A DNA stretch of 63,610 nt, filler included, from Octopus bimaculoides (Eukaryota): assembly GCF_001194135.2 (NCBI RefSeq). It is 6 parts of 6 records of this genome, joined end to end, with 100 filler letters (N's around TTAATTAATTAA, not from the genome) between each part and the next. Parts side by side here need not be neighbours in the genome. Positions count along the whole stretch, not along the records: positions 62,274 to 63,610 come from NC_069008.1; 5 more parts are not named here. One strand, 5' to 3'. Of the stretch, positions 62,736-63,610 are shown piece after piece. Within the stretch, counting starts at the first letter, position 1. The number at the start of each line of letters is the position of its first letter. The notes under the pieces are model-generated. The model was not told the origin of the DNA and searched no databases. It was given only the letters and a program-made list of their open reading frames with translations. The translations under genes were made by a program, and so were the position numbers.

Positions 62736-63605
62736 TTAGCTGACGTACCCACTAATTCCCAGGAAAGTGGGGCTTATCCATGGTTCCATTCTCATAATTG
62801 TTTCGCTAATCCAATAACAACAATACAAAGTATGTAGCCCTTAAAATGGTATTGTGCATTTACAGATAATACTGAACAGTCTTACACAGGATCTTGTTTT
62901 TAGGAATTCTCAATAAGTTATGAATACCCAAATTGTGAAGTCAGTTATGTAATAACATAAAATTAGTTACCTGATAGTAAGAATTCAAATAAAGTAGCCC
63001 TGAAAAGGGTTTTAATGCGTCCCAGAGTATATAGAATTTAGGAGGAAATACTAATAAGGTATGTATACTAAAATTGTGAATCATGTTATGTAATAACAGG
63101 CTAATCAGATATGAGATAACAATTCAGAGCAAATAATTCTGAAAAGGGCTTTTGTGCATTCCCAGAGAATATTACCCTCAGCGCTGCTAGGGTCAGTATA
63201 TTTGTGAACAAGTCACTAACCGAAATAAGTGGATCTATCGTTTAGGAAAATATTATTTACTTGTTTAAAGGTTGTACAAGATAAATTGTGAAAATAATTC
63301 TAACAGTTCAAATACTAAGAAATAAGCATACTCAATTTGATTTATACCAAATGATTTAAGAAAATGAATGGGTTATTTCCCTTGGATGTTAAAACGAAAT
63401 ATATTAGATATATATAAGGATCCCTTCCAGGGGCCCTATTATCGATTTTATTCAACAATCTGAGTATGCCATGAGGTTTACAGACACGAGTTTTACTCAT
63501 GTGTCAAATTTCATCAAAATCAATAAAACAATGTAGGAGGAGTTCACAATCAACTCTACAAACACACCCACAGACAGAATTTCCCACATATGTAGTATAT
63601 ATATA
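62736..63605 (-). mobile_element. Probable non-autonomous Helitron
   Basis: The minus-strand 3' end reads ...GTCAGCTAA|T (CTRR|T), preceded by the hairpin CCCACT-AA-TTCC-CA-GGAA-AGTGGG (62748-62772). The other end has CAAATTTCATCAAAATC...GGAGGAGTT...CAGACAGA, as in Helitron-type non-autonomous ends, and runs into (TA)n. Confidence 0.65.
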
Positions 63606-63610
63606 TATAT

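Overview
Repeat-rich animal genomic DNA. It is most consistent with an Octopus genome, inferred from the microsatellite load and tRNA-derived SINE families; I ran no database search. About 8% of the window is N, and five gaps are artificial 100-bp linkers (44N-TTAATTAATTAA-44N). No complete protein-coding gene is visible, and nearly all long ORFs in the supplied track are translations of microsatellites or N runs. Well-supported content: many tRNA-head SINEs from at least four head/body types; decayed non-LTR retrotransposons (R4/Dong-type RLE, Tx1-type, RTE, CR1-type); three Tc1/mariner-superfamily transposase remnants, one with DD41D spacing; and a probable non-autonomous Helitron. Two credible minus-strand host exons (49565-49655 and 7341-7506) may belong to one unidentified multi-exon gene. 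The most unusual observations are: an internally deleted R4-like element that joins the ORF N-terminus directly to its C-terminus; an (AAT)n-flanked repeat whose two copies together reconstruct a minimal hammerhead ribozyme; three SINEs separated by four copies of one 19-bp target sequence; and an inverted telomere-type repeat block.
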